A stretch of 64,000 nt of DNA, taken from Scyliorhinus canicula. Taxonomy: Eukaryota. Every line of letters begins with the position of its first letter. Position 1 is the stretch's first letter. The notes under the pieces were generated by a model that saw only the letters and a list, made by a program, of their open reading frames with translations, was not told the origin of the DNA and did no database searches. This document shows positions 1 to 12,737 of this stretch, piece by piece. The stretch is from the NCBI RefSeq assembly GCF_902713615.1, contig NC_052158.1, forward strand, positions 40,043,729 through 40,107,728. Direction: 5' to 3'. The position numbers and the translations under genes were made by a program.

Positions 1-1187
1 CGGTCTAGTCATCGGTCTCACCGTCCCCTCGGTTGGGGTGCGCATGTCTTGGAGCCCAGGAAAAGCGCGTGAAATGGCCACCTTCATCCAGACTCAGGCG
101 CTGCATTTGTTTGATGGCCTGCATCCGTTCTGCATCGTGGGGATTTTGTCATGCCGTTTCTGCCGCCCTGATATGGGAGTACCAGTTGTTAGCATGCTCG
201 TGGAGAACGCACGTTTCAATAGTGATGGTAAGGGTGAGCTGCTTAACTTTTAGGAGCTGCTGGCGAAGGGGATCGGAGTGGACCCTGAAAGCGATCTGAT
301 CCCGAATCATGGAATCAGAGCCATAGTTACATGACTGCGCGAGGATGCGGAGATGGGTCAAGAAGGACTGAAAAGGTTCATCCTTACCCTGAAGCCTCTC
401 CTGGAACACGTAGCGTTCAAAGCTCTCATTGACTTCGATGTCACAGTGGCTGCCGAACTTCAGCAGGACTGTTTTGAACTTCGTCTTGACTTCGCCTTCA
501 GCAAAGGTGAGGGAGTTGTAGATGTGGATGGCATGGTCCCCGGCTGTAGAGAGGAAGAGAGCGATCTTCCTGGCATCCGATGCGGCCTCAAGGTCGGTGG
601 CTTCAAGATAGAGCTGGAACTTGTGCTTGAAAATCTTCAAGTTTTCACCGAGGTTGCCGGCGATGCAGAGCTGCGGGGGAGGGCGGACGCTGTCCATGTT
701 ACCGGATGGCTGATCGCTGGTCAAAGGCAGATTATCTCAAGGTAGATCCATCAAACTCGAGCATCACCCCACTCCTGGTATCATTATGTTTGGGTAAACT
801 GGGTCTGCGATGACAGCGTTTACTGCAGCAGTGAGAGACACAGGCATCCAACACTTGAAGAAATGCTACTCAATTTTATTGAACACTTCACTATAATACA
901 TGCTTTAACTGTGGGCTGACACTACGCTGACTTGATTGGAGACCTGAGGCTAACCTGACCCAGACTATCTTACTGCCACATGGTATTTGTTCTAGTTGCT
1001 GCTCGCGAGCTCCGACTGTCTCAGAGGCTGGATCCCGAGAGAGCGGGAAAACTGGTGCCCTCTGGCTTTATAGTGGCCGTGTCCTGTCTGGTGATTGGCT
1101 GCTGTGTTTTGTGTGTTCATTGGTCATCCTGTGCATCAATCACTGCCTGGCTGCACACCATCATATACCTGGATGTATATTATGACA
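1..1187 (-). mobile_element. 5' part of a Gypsy-type LTR retrotransposon: LTR 784-1187, PBS 767-783, gag fragment 149-724
   Basis: The minus ORF is Gag-like (FKHKFQLYLEATDL, ERYVFQERLQGKDEPFQSFLTHLRILAQSCNYG, IRDQI). Minus strand TGATACCAGGAGTGGGG next to the LTR resembles the complement of the tRNA-Leu(TAA) 3' end. The LTR resembles the solo LTRs at 1887 and 31834. Confidence 0.85.
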
Positions 1188-1189
1188 CG

Positions 1190-1578
1190 ACGGAGGTTGA
1201 GAGGTGAACTGATAGAGGTCCACATGATGATGAGTGGCATGGACAGAGTTGACAGTCAGATGCTCTTTCCCAGGGTAGGAGAGTCAAGTACTAGGGGACA
1301 TAGGTTTAAAGTGCTTGGGGAAAATTTTAGGACAGATGTGCGAGGCAAGTTTTTTACACAGAGAGTGCTAAATATACGCGCTAACTGGGGAGGTGGTGGG
1401 AGCAGATATGAGAGCGACATTTAAGGAGCATCTAGACAAATATATGAATAGGGTGGGAATAGAAGGATACGGACCCTGTCAGTGCATCCGGTTTTAGTTT
1501 TGGCAAGTACCACGGTGGGCGGAGGCTTGGAGGACTGAAGGGCCTGTTCATGTGCTGTATTGTTCTTTATTCTTTGTA
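1190..1578 (+). mobile_element. CR1 LINE 3' end fragment
   Basis: Typical CR1 ORF2 C-terminus (LRGELIEV, RGHRFKV, KFFTQRV) followed by the 3' tail GGGCCTGTT..TGTGCTGTATTGTTCT. Confidence 0.85.
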
Positions 1579-1579
1579 C

Positions 1580-2360
1580 TCCCCCGGCCCTGGGAGAAGC
1601 CCCCCCCCATCCAGCGGCACAACTGTCAGCAAACTATGGTAATGTTGGACACTTTCCGTTCTCCCTCTCTCTTCCTCAGCAGCCATGACGCCGGTTTCAC
1701 GATTTTTTCAAGCACAAGTGAACCGCGCCATCGAGAACTCGGCCCATCGGAGGCGGAGCATCACAGAGGTCCTGGAGAGGTCAGGCCCACTAATGATACA
1801 CAAAGGGTGTTTACTATATGTACATTCCAGACTGCATTGACACCGCTGTCAAGGTGATGGAGAATTGCTATTTGGTGTCAAATCGGTGATGTGTTGGGTG
1901 CTCTGGATCCGTGGAACACATACAGGCTACCAACACTTGAAATAGTACAACAATATTTTATTAAGCTAGAAACTGTTGAACATACTTTCACTGTGGGTTA
2001 ACACGATGTTAGATTAAACTAAAGAGCTATGCCTATCCTAACCAGTCTATGCACTCAGCACATGGTGAAGATCTGTGCTGCAAGCTGTGAGCTCTGTCCT
2101 TCTGAGAGGCTGCATCCTGAATGAGCGGGAAAACTGATGCCCTCTGTCTTTATAGTGAGTGTGCTCTAACTGGTGATTGGCTGCGGTGTTGTATGTGTTG
2201 ATTGGTCCTACTGTGTGTCCATCAGTGTGTGTGTGTCTGCACCATGATATACTGGTGTATATTATGACAATCGGTGCCCGGCATGATTTTGGCATTGGAA
2301 CGTATATTCCTCCCAATTACGTTTCCCGATTTCGGTGCCAGCCAATGGAGAATCCCGCCC
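1580..2360. mobile_element. PIF/Harbinger-type non-autonomous remnant interrupted by a solo LTR
   Basis: Ends in GGAGAATCCCGCCC, the reverse complement of the GGGCGGGATTCTCC terminus shared by other Harbinger-like elements in the window. Confidence 0.5.
1887..2269 (-). mobile_element. Solo LTR with 5-bp TSD ATCGG
   Basis: TG...CA termini, ATCGG on both sides (1882-1886, 2270-2274), similar to LTR 784-1187. Confidence 0.85.
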
Positions 2361-2361
2361 A

Positions 2362-3250
2362 TAAAATCTGGCAAAGTCTACTGGTAACCAGAGAATTCAG
2401 AAAGTTTTCAAAACCAACAGAAAATAACCAAAAAATAACAAAGCAGGAAAAGATAAATTAAGAGGGCAAGCTAGCAAGTAATGCGGTATTGTGTGAAGCA
2501 AATAATGGCATGATTGGAAAACTAGTCAAGTCTTCTTGGTACAATTGAATTTAAACTGATCTCACATAACCGAAGGCACAAATACAATATACACAGATAC
2601 AAACAGCCGAGGTCAATTTGACCTCGGAACTGGGTGACTCTGAAATTCTACGATAAGGCGTGTGCGTCAAGAGTCTAGAAGCAGTCTCAATACATACCAA
2701 GCTGCAAAACTGTCTCTTCCTGTACGTAAACAAATTTGTCCTTTTCTTAAAACAAAGACAAGATAATGATATGAGACTCCAGTCCCCTAAAGGTCAGCAA
2801 GGTGACGCCATTATAATGATTATTACTTATGTTTTACTTTCGATCAAATTCCTGACCAAGCTGTATTTATGTTATCTTGATCCTATAATGTATAAAAATC
2901 ATTTTATTCTTCTGTGAGATTGCAGACTTGGGACGGACTCAGCAGTTTGTACTTGACTGCTTCCCGACTTCAAATCTCAGCCATTACTGCTAGCAGTCAG
3001 TTCTAATTCGTAAATAAAGTTCAGTTTCGCTTACCTAATGAATGCTGTTTGAATTTCTCTATCACAGTCCCGAAGAGGGGAAAATATTGACTACGACAGT
3101 AATATAAAAACAGACAGGAAGAGCTTCCTTAAATATATAACAAGGAAGAGAGATGTCAAGTGAACATAGGCTCCTTCGAGAATGAGACTGGCAAAATAAG
3201 AGTGAGGAACCAGGAAATGACAGAGTTAAATAAATACTTTGCATCAGTAT
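2362..3250 (+). mobile_element. Old CR1 ORF2 fragment split by an LTR insertion
   Basis: CR1-like coding text (KQEKIN.EGKLASN) stops at 2481 and resumes at 3099 (SNIKTDRKSFLKYI, NKYFASV). Confidence 0.65.
2482..3098 (+). mobile_element. Solo LTR (ERV- or Gypsy-like) with 4-bp TSD GTAA
   Basis: Starts TGCGGTA, ends TACGACA, has AATAAA near 3014, and GTAA flanks both sides. Confidence 0.65.
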
Positions 3251-3299
3251 TAGCCTACATGTAGGAAAACATTCACTTTATTCACAGAGAACTTTAATA

Positions 3300-3540
3300 T
3301 AATATAGATTCTTAGAATTTCTACAGTACAGAAGGAGGCTATTTGTCCCATTGAGTCTGCACCAACCGGCCGAAAGAACACCCCACCTTGGCCCACTTCC
3401 CTACCCTACCCCTATAACACCACCTAACCTTTGGACACTAAGGGGCATTTTAACATGTCAGTCCATGGGAGAAAGTGTAAACTCCTCACAGACAGCCAGC
3501 CAAGATTGAAATTGAACCCAGGTCCCTGGCACTTTGAGGT
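3300..3540 (-). mobile_element. Degenerate HE1-like tRNA-derived SINE
   Basis: Similar to the intact SINE at 5576 in reverse orientation (box B GAACCCAGG, GGACACTAAGGGGCA, CR1-like tail). Confidence 0.7.
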
Positions 3541-4450
3541 TGCACCGCTCGTACTCGGTCAATTCCAGCCTTATTGACCCAGAGTCGCAACACAATTAAA
3601 ATTACCAATTCATTCTTGGAAAATACCCAAAGTCTTTGGTCTCTCGCTGTCCCATAACTACAGTCACCAGTTTTGTAAATATAAACACAGATATTTTTTA
3701 TTAAAAACAATAACTGTAAGTAAATAGGCAGCAAATATAACAATGATCTAATTCTTAACCCTCCCTCTTTAACTCGTCCCACCCTCTACACACAGACAAC
3801 ACAGACAAACACAGAGGGAGAAAAGGGGTGTGATGAAAAATAAAAAAAGGATAAAAGTCTTTGTTTCAGACGAATGTCTTCCAGTGCACCTTTCTTCAGT
3901 CTAGGCTTTCAATTGAGAGGATTTTTGTTTCCAGTCTCTAATGGTTTTCACCTTTTAACTTCATCAAAGTGTCAGAACTTCCTTGCAGGATCAGAAAACA
4001 GCAGGCAGGCTGAATTTCTGCATTCAGGACCCAATTGTACTCTCCGGGGTTCTCTGAAAATCATCCCGCATGGATAGGACTCAATTATCGCCTGTCACCA
4101 GGCAGAATATAGCCTTTGGCCAATTCATTGGCTACCAGCCAACCAATCAAATCGAATCTCTCTGATCTATTGAGTGTCAGAAAGTCAGCATTTTCCTCTT
4201 CAAAGATAAACCTACATAGCACAGTGTACCAGTTTGTAACTTTTGAGTTCCTCACTTCCTCTGCTCGACTTAAACGGATCTGTCCATGAAATATCCATGG
4301 ATCAAAAATGATGATGACAAAGTAAAATAAATGGGAAATAAGGGAAACAACAGAAAGGGCCCTTACAAGTGTGCCACCATGCTGCCCTGCCACGTTGCCA
4401 ACTTGCTGCCCCATCAATGTTTCCATATTGACCAGCTGACAAACCGTTTA
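3541..4450 (-). mobile_element. Probable solo LTR-like repeat
   Basis: Non-coding, with a CCAAT cluster at 4121-4148 and a minus-strand AATAAA near 3697. Termini and TSD not resolved. Confidence 0.3.
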
Positions 4451-4457
4451 AAGGGGC

Positions 4458-6035
4458 TGTCGTGATATTCAGATATCAATATACATGATCCATGTATGTA
4501 AATGTAGTACAGTCATTTCAACACTAGATGGCTCACAGGCAGATTCTGTAAGAACTGATTTCCCTTTTCTAAGTCAGGTGATTCAGATGATGATGACATC
4601 AAGAAGTGATTCAGGCAGTGAACAAGCAAGACATAGAACAGCTAGAGTGAGAGAAGTTCGAACTAGTTTAGTATAATAGTGTATAGTTATATAGTTATCT
4701 GTATTATCTTTAACTCTTAATTGTTAGTTTAGTATTGAGTAAAAGGGCTCACAGTTTAGTATTTTATTACTCATTAAATAGTTCATCTTTCAACAAGAAG
4801 ACTATTGGTCATTTTATCATTCTGGTGGATTCAAGACTAATATATATATTTTAGATAAGTCATTATTTAAAATATAACATGGTACCAGCGAGTTATAAAT
4901 CTTTTAAGAAAGACTAAGAAAGATTTAGCATAGAAAAGAAGAAAAAGAAAAGCACAAATGGATTCAACTATTCGACTACAGCAATCATCGCAACTTTGAA
5001 AACTTTGACGCAAACAACCTTTCAATGGACCAAGTTCAAAATATTCAACTCATTTCATTTTAGTGCTAATGAAGATTAAACCAAATTTGATCAAGTGACA
5101 CCGAAGTTTGATGAACATTGTAAAATGCTGACAAACGACTGAAATTTCATTGGAGAATTCAAAAAACTGATGAACCTATGAATAATTTTATCACAGATCG
5201 CAAGTTCTTAGCTAAAAGGTGTAACTATGAAAATCGGCATAATTCACTTGTAGGAGACCAAATAGTATATGGTATACTTGATGGTAATATCAGAGAAGCG
5301 TTAATTCGTCAAAATAATTTAACTTTACAAATCGTGATTGGCAAATGCAGAACAGACCAGAAGTTAGTATCTCGCATTTTATCCAAAGGAAAAAAGCGTG
5401 AATCTCTACCATGAGGCAGGAGAATTAAAATGGTGTTGCAAGCAAAGCAGAAATCTGTAAGGAACGGAAGCTATCCTCTGCAAGCATTTTCGAGTTCTGC
5501 ACATGCGCACTACGCACCAAAATGCGAGACGTTCAAGAAGAAATCTGCGCATGCGCGTATGTCACAATTACTACTGGCAGCACGGTAGCATGGTGGTTAG
5601 CATAAATGCTTCACAGCTCCAGAGTCCCAGGTTCGGTTCCCGGCTGGGTCACTGTCTGTGCGGAGTCTGCACGTCCTCCCCCTGTGTGCGTGGGTTTCCT
5701 CCGGGTGCTCCGGTTTCCTCCCACAGTCCAAAGATGTGCGGGTTAGGTGGATTGGCCATGCTAAATTGCCCGTAGTGTCCTAATAGTAAGGTTAAGGGGG
5801 AGTTGTTGGGTTACGGGTATAGGGTGGATACGTGGGTTTGAGTAGGGTGGTCATTGCTCGGCACAACATCGAGGGCCGAAGGGCCTGTTCTGTGCTGTAC
5901 TGTTCTATGTTCTATGTTCTAATTACGTCATGACGACAACGTAATTACGTATCACAAATACTGGTCATTTTATCATCCTGGTGGATTCAAGAGTAATATA
6001 TATTTTTTAGATCAGTCATTATTTAAAATGTAACA
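4458..6035 (+). mobile_element. Internally deleted Gypsy LTR element: 5' LTR 4458-4879, PBS 4880-4894, decayed gag, partial 3' LTR about 5960-6035
   Basis: TG...CA LTR followed by TGGTACCAG. Gag-like ORF 5178-5414 (FITD..LAKRCNY, GDQIVYGI..IREALIRQ..LTL). The last ~70 bp of the LTR recur at 5961-6035. Confidence 0.75.
5576..5921 (+). mobile_element. HE1-like tRNA-derived SINE, full length
   Basis: tRNA-like head with box A TGGTGGTTAGC and box B GGTTCGGTTCC, CR1-like 3' end, (TGTTCTA)n tail. Confidence 0.9.
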
Positions 6036-6530
6036 GGCTGCAGGTAGGAAAACCACCCAAACGACCCCCATCCCAGAAAAGACTCCTGACGTGATCCCAG
6101 CCTGAGGCCCCCCTCCCTGACCTCCACCTCCAAGAAGGACTCCCCTCGGCACCTTGGAGGCATGTAGAGGGAGGGTACGAGCCCCCTTTCCACCTCTCAG
6201 GGTGAAAGCTGCCAGATCCCCAATTGGCAGGACTTGCACCAATCCAGGCCAGCAGGACTCCAGGCTGGGGGTGCTGGAGCATCCCAGGAGGAAGCTGAAA
6301 TCGGACTTCCTGCCCATAAATTATATTCAAACCAACTTTAATGAATTATTTGCATGTTTCTGCCGGGTCTGGGCGAGAACCTTGTCGGGGCCGGCGAGGC
6401 TGGATGAGAGTCTCCAAACGAACGTGAAGCCAATTTTCCGCCTCCCGCCCGATTCACTGGGGCATTGAGATTCCCTCCGCTGCCTGGTGGCCCTGCAGAA
6501 CCTCCGCACCAGCCTGAAAATTCAGGCCCC
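6036..6530. mobile_element. Harbinger-like MITE remnant
   Basis: GC-rich, ends AAAATTCAGGCCCC (Harbinger-like terminus GGGGCCTGAATTTT). Confidence 0.4.
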
Positions 6531-6598
6531 TGGCATCCAGTAAATTACGAGGTCCTTTACCTTTAAAACAGTTTCTATTTCCTGCCATTAAAGTGACA

Positions 6599-6772
6599 GG
6601 GGCTGGTTTAGCTCACTCGGCTAAATCGCTGGCTTTTAAAGCAGGCCAGCAGCACGGTTCAATTCCCGTACCAGCCTCCTCGGACAGGCGCTGGAATGTG
6701 GCGACTAGGGGCTTTCCACAGTAACTTCATTGAAGCCTACTCGTGACAATAAGTGATTTTCATTTCATTTCA
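6599..6772 (+). mobile_element. Second tRNA-derived SINE family with (TTTCA)n tail
   Basis: tRNA-like head GGGGCTGGTTTAGCTCA, Lys(UUU)-like loop CTTTTAA, box B GGTTCAATTCC, TTTCA tail. Confidence 0.75.
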
Positions 6773-6899
6773 TTACTGTTCAAATAAACAAATAGCTCTC
6801 CTCCCCAAGTGCCATGCTGGTCAGGTGATTTCTTGAATAAGACATGCTTACTTCCAGTTCAAGGTGAACATTTCAAAAAATAATTTCAAGTTTCCAAAG

Positions 6900-7380
6900 A
6901 ATGCAAGGTATAAGGCAGGAGTGACGGAATACTCCCCATTTGCCTGGATGAGTGCAGCTCCAACAACACTCAAAAACCTCAACACCATCCAGGATAAAGC
7001 AGTCCAGTTGGTTAACGTCCCATTCACCACCTTCAACATTCAGTCCCTGCAGCACTGAGACACTGGCAGCCATGTGTACCATTTAAAAGAAGCAACATCA
7101 CAGCAAAACTACTTCAACAGCACCTTCCAAACCCACAATCACTGGAAGGACAAGGACAATAGATATCTGGGAAAACAAACACCTACATGTTCCCCTCAAA
7201 GTCACTCACCATCCTGACTTGGAAATACATCGCCATTCCTTCACTGTCACTGGGTCAAAGTCCTGGAACACCCTCCCTAATGGCACTATGAATGCGCCTA
7301 CACCACCACTTTCTCAATTCGGGAATGGGCAAGAAATCCTGGTCGAACCAGCGATGCCCACATTCCATGAAATAATATCA
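6900..7380 (+). mobile_element. Degenerate LINE 3' fragment (CR1/L2 group RT C-terminus and tail)
   Basis: YKA..EYSPFAWMSAAPTTLKNLNTIQDKAV and HSFTVTGSKSWNTLP motifs. Confidence 0.65.
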
Positions 7381-8129
7381 AAAATATTTTGGTCAGGAAT
7401 AGACTGAAGCTGAAAAACTGGTCAAACCCATGGCCAGACACAGGCTCAGCAGGACACTGTAGATCTGAGTGGTGGGGGCAGGCCAAAATCATTTAAATAT
7501 CGTAAAGCAGTAGGTACTCCAAAAAAGCATCAGGGTTTTGGTTACTACCATTGACACACATCTAATTACTGTTTCAAAATAATACGCAAGACCGTCTCAT
7601 ACTCAAATACACAAACAGGCAAACACACTCACAGGTTAGTTCCCTCATACATAAAACAATTTCACTGACCTGTATATAAATTGCTGAAGTGACTGGATGT
7701 CCCAGTACTTTCACCGAGATCTCACCTCCTGTATGGACAGCTCTGTTAGAAAACAGGGAAACTGTCAGACTGTCCGACTGATCGGAGTTGAAGTCAGACT
7801 CCGATTGTTTCAGTGACTAAACGTCTTGTGCTGAGAGATTTGGGTGTGGATTCACCTTCTTATCAGATTATCTCTTGCCAGTTCCAAATAATGTTGTTCG
7901 GAATTTGTACAGGAAATCCTGTGGTATATGAGATATTCAGCGGCTGAGTCTCAAATGTTTTACTTTCTCTTTAGTTTAACAGTTGCAGTTTACTCCTCAC
8001 AATGATGTTTCCGAGAAATGCCACAAGTTATTTTTTTGACTAATCTGACAATTTGCCCTGTAATAGACTAATGAGTGAGATCAAACATGTCTGGATGGCG
8101 GTAAGTGGCAGAAAACATAAGCCCTTAAT

Positions 8130-8374
8130 ATATAGGAGCAGATTAAGGTCATTCAGCCCATCGAGTCTGCTCCGTCATTCAATAATGGCTGATATGCTTC
8201 TCATCCCCATTCTCCTGCCTTCTTCCCATAACTCTGATCCTATCAAGAACCTATCTGTCTCCGTCTTAAAGACGCTCAGGGACTTGGCCTACACAGCCTT
8301 CTGCGGCAAAGAGGTCCACAGATTCACCATCTTCTGGTTGAAGAAATTTCTGCTCATCTCTGTTTTAAAGGTAA
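8130..8374 (-). mobile_element. CR1 3' end fragment (duplicated at about 11849-12093)
   Basis: Reverse complement of the CR1 ORF2 end and 3'UTR, truncated by the Harbinger terminus. Confidence 0.7.
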
Positions 8375-9017
8375 GGGGCGCGATTCTCTGCACCCGTGAA
8401 AGATCGCGAAGTTGGCCGTGAAAACGGCCGCGTTTTACGACGGTCGGGAAGGGTCCATTTCCTGACGTATTCACGTCCGGGAAATGGGCTAGGAACGCGG
8501 CCGTGTCAATCACGTGAGCGATAACGACGGAACACGACGACGATACGACCACGCCCACGTGACACCGCCCGACGCCGTAAAAAGGCGCGGGCGAGCACAG
8601 AATCTGTCGGCCATGATGTCGGAGCTCAGGAGAGCTGCCCCTCGGTTTGTTGAGGCCGATGTCGAGACGCTGCTCGATGCCGTCGAGCAGAGGAGGGGCA
8701 TCATCTGCCCGCGTAGAGGGCATCGGCAACCTGCCAGCGCTGTGCGCCAGGCCTGGCGTGAGGTGGGTGCTGCCGTTAGTGCTGTGGGGCAGACCCCTTG
8801 CTCAGCAGAGCAGTGCCGAAAAAAGCTGCACGACCTCACCAGTGCTGCCAGGGTAAGTGCCAAGAAGGTGCCCCCCGGTCACAATCATCCCTCCCCCCTT
8901 AACTTAATCACACATCTCCCCCCCTGGCACGGGGGTGGAGGGGGATTGGGGCAGAGTTAGTTGCGGGTGGTTCACAAAGTTGTCACAGACCCAGCGCTCT
9001 GGCCCCCGTGGAGAGAT

Positions 9018-9368
9018 AGAACATAGAACAGTACAGAACAGGCCCTTCGGCCCTCGATGTTGTGCCGAGCAATGATCACCCTACTGAAACCCACGTATCC
9101 ACCCTATACCCGTAACCCAACAATCCCCCCATTAACCTTACACTAAGGGCAATTTAGCATGGCCAATCCACCTAACCCGCACATCTTTGGACTGTGGGAG
9201 GAAACCGGAGCACCCGGAGGAAACCCACGCACACACGGGGAGGACGTGCAGACTCCACACAGACAGTGACCCAGCCGAGAATCGAACCTGGGACCCTGGA
9301 GCTGTGAAGCATTGATGCTAACCACCATGCTACCGTGCTACCGTGCTACCATGCTACCGTGAGGCCCC
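9018..9368 (-). mobile_element. HE1-like SINE in the Myb gene intron
   Basis: Reverse complement of the 5576 SINE. Confidence 0.9.
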
Positions 9369-9672
9369 TATGAGATGCAATGGTCTTATGACAACTTGAC
9401 CCCCAAACTGTGCCAGTATCTGAACGGACTGCTGATACCTGCCGTATTGTAATGATCGACCTATGTCCCCTCCCCCAACAGGCCAAGACCGCTCACAACA
9501 CCCGTGAGCGGCATCAGACGGGAGGGGGTCGGCCCAACCTGCACCCCCTCACCGCGTTTGAGCAGAGGGCCCTGGACCTTGTTGGGAGGTCTGGCACCCG
9601 GGATGTCGCGCTATGCGAGGTTGGCGGAGCTGCAACAAGTGAGACAACTCTCCTTGACAAACACCCACCCCT

Positions 9673-10595
9673 CCCCCATCCTCTGTCCCTTCACACACCC
9701 TGCCCACTGGGACACCTCCCCCATCCTCTGTCCCTTCACACACCCTGCCCACTGGGACACCTCCCCCATCCTCTGTCCCTTCACACACCCTGCCCACTGG
9801 GACACCTCCCCCATCCTCTGTCCCTTCACACACCCTGCCCACTGGGACACCTCCCCCATCCTCTGTCCCTTCACACACCCTGCCCACTTGGACACCTCCC
9901 CATCCTCTGTCCCTTCACACACCCTGCCCACTTGGACATCTCCCCCATCCTCTGTCCCTTCACACCCTGCCCACTGGGACACCTCCCCCATCCTCTGTCC
10001 CTTCACACACCCTGCCCACTAGGACACCTCCCCCATCCTCTGTCCCTTCACACCCTGCCCACTGGGACATCTCCCCCATCCTCTGTCCCTTCACACACCC
10101 TGCCCACTGGGACACATCACCCATTCTCTGTCCCTTCACACACCCTGCCCACTAGGACACCTCCCCCATCCTCTGTCCCTTCACACCCTGCCCACTGGGA
10201 CACCTCCCCCATCCTCTGTCCCTTCACACACCCTGCCCACTGGGACACCTCCCCCATCCTCTGTCCCTTCACACACCCTGCCCACTGGGACACCTCCCCC
10301 ATCCTCTGTCCCTTCACACCCTGCCCACTGGGACATCTCCCCCATCCTCTGTCCCTTCACACACCCTGCCCACTGGGACACATCCCCCATTCTCTGTCCC
10401 TTCACACCCTGCCCACTGGGACACCTCCCCATTCTCTGTCCCTTCACACCCTGCCCACTGGGACACCTCCCCCATTCTCTGTCCCTTCACACACCCTGCC
10501 CACTGGGACACCTCCCCATCCTCTGTCCCTTCACAAACCCTGCCCACTGGAACACCTCCCCCATCCTCTGTCCCTTCACACCCTGCCCACTGGGA
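9673..10595. repeat. 43-45 bp minisatellite, about 21 copies
   Basis: Unit CCCCCATCCTCTGTCCCTTCAC(AC)ACCCTGCCCACTGGGACACCT. Confidence 0.95.
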
Positions 10596-12737
10596 CCGTC
10601 CAGCGCCCGGCTGAGCGAATCTAAATAAGCCGTTTCATTCTCTTCCCTAGGACGTGATGCCGAACGACCAGGGCCGTCTGCCTCCAGGCGGAGACAGGCA
10701 TCTGCCTCCACTTCACCCGGAGCCGCACAACATTCGGGTGCCCGATCAGCGGGGAGTCCCATCCTCCCCAACAGAATCTGTGGAGCAGGACGCCCAGAGG
10801 GCGGCGACACCGCTAGATAAAGAAATGGCCCGCGAACGCCCTGCGGCCTCTCACCTGGACAATGACACAGAGGAGGCGTCCACCCAAGACGACCTCGAGC
10901 TTGCGGCACTGCTATCTCCCACACCATCCACCATCCCAGAGACACTCACCCCGGTTGGGCTATTTAGTGATGAGGCTCCTGGGTCACAGTCGGGTTCGCA
11001 CATCACAGCTGAGCAGGTACAGCAGGTGGAGGTCGGAGCAGCCGAGGGCCCAGACTGGCGGAGGCCAGGCCAGACCCAGCATGCAGCTGGCTCCCAGACG
11101 TTTTCTGAGTTCCTGGACTTTCTCAACCCACCCGCACAGCCAATGCCTCAAGAAACCCAGGGAAACAATGACGGGATGAGGGCTGTCTTCCTGGCTCTGC
11201 AGACGCTGTTAGAGGAGTCGAACCGCGTCCACGAGCAGGGAGTGGTGCCGCTCATGGCAGCAACCCAGGCCGACACCGCACGGGTGGCATCCGAGGTGGA
11301 GGCAATGGGTCAGGTTATGCAAGGCGTTGGGGTTAATGTGCACGCGTCATCCTCGGTCCTGGACAGGGTTTCCCTCTCACAGGCAGCAATGTGCCAGAGC
11401 CAAAACGACATTGCCCGCACTCCCCCCTCCGTCTCCCCCACTCCCCCCCTCCGTCTCCCCCACTCCCCCCTCAGTCTCCCCCACTCCCCCCTCCATCTCC
11501 CCCACTCCCCCCTCAGCCTCCGATTGTTTCAGTGACTAAACGTCTTGTGCTGAGAGATTTGGGTGTGGATTCACCTTCTTATCAGATTATCTCTTGCCAG
11601 TTCCAAATAATGTTGTTCGGAATTTGTACAGGAAATCCTGTGGTATATGAGATATTCAGCGGCTGAGTCTCAAATGTTTTACTTTCTCTTTAGTTTAACA
11701 GTTGCAGTTTACTCCTCACAATGATGTTTCCGAGAAATGCCACAAGTTATTTTTTTGACTAATCTGACAATTTGCCCTGTAATAGACTAATGAGTGAGAT
11801 CAAACATGTCTGGATGGCGGTAAGTGGCAGAAAACATAAGCCCTTAATATATAGGAGCAGATTAAGGTCATTCAGCCCATCGAGTCTGCTCCGTCATTCA
11901 ATAATGGCTGATATGCTTCTCATCCCCATTCTCCTGCCTTCTTCCCATAACTCTGATCCTATCAAGAACCTATCTGTCTCCGTCTTAAAGACGCTCAGGG
12001 ACTTGGCCTACACAGCCTTCTGCGGCAAAGAGGTCCACAGATTCACCATCTTCTGGTTGAAGAAATTTCTGCTCATCTCTGTTTTAAAGGTAAGGGGCGC
12101 GATTCTCTGCACCCGTGAAAGATCGCGAAGTTGGCCGTGAAAACGGCCGCGTTTTACGACGGTCGGGAAGGGTCCATTTCCTGACGTATTCACGTCCGGG
12201 AAATGGGCTAGGAACGCGGCCGTGTCAATCACGTAAGCAATAACGACGGAACACGACGACAATACGACCACGCCCACGTGACACCGCCCGACGCCGTAAA
12301 AAGGCGCGGGCGAGCACAGAATCTGTCGGCCATGATGTCGGAGCTCAGGAGAGCTGCCCCTCGGTTTGTTGAGGCCGATGTCGAGACGCTGCTCGATGCC
12401 GTCGAGCAGAGGAGGGGCATCATCTGCCCGCGTAGAGGGCATCGGCAACCTGCCAGCGCTGTGCGCCAGGCCTGGCGTGAGGTGGGCTGCTGCCGTTAGT
12501 GCTGTGGGGCAGACCCCTTGCTCAGCAGAGCAGTGCCGAAAAAAGCTGCACGACCTGACCAGTGCTGCCAGGGTAAGTGCCAAGAAGGTGCCCCCCGGTC
12601 ACAATCATCCCTCCCCCCTTAACTTAATCACACACCTCCCCCCCTGGCACGGGGGTGGAGGGGGATTGGGGCAGAGTTAGTTGCGGGTGGTTCACAAAGT
12701 TGTCACAGACCCAGCGCTCTGGCCCCCGTGGAGAGAT

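Larger units (their letters stand above)
8613..11519 (+). pseudogene. Harbinger Myb/SANT-like (trihelix) DNA-binding protein, copy 1: exons 8613-8852, 9482-9638, 10651 onward
   Basis: APRFVEADVETLLDAVEQRR..AWREV..EQCRKKLHDL then AKTAHN.RER.QTGGG. Splice sites AGG|GTAAGT, CAG|GCC, AA|GTGAG, TAG|GA. A frameshift appears needed in exon 3, and the 3' end is cut by the duplication junction. Confidence 0.75.

Noticed and set aside
5576-6680. tRNA genes
   Set aside because: The tRNA-like heads continue into SINE bodies and tails and have no complete cloverleaf.
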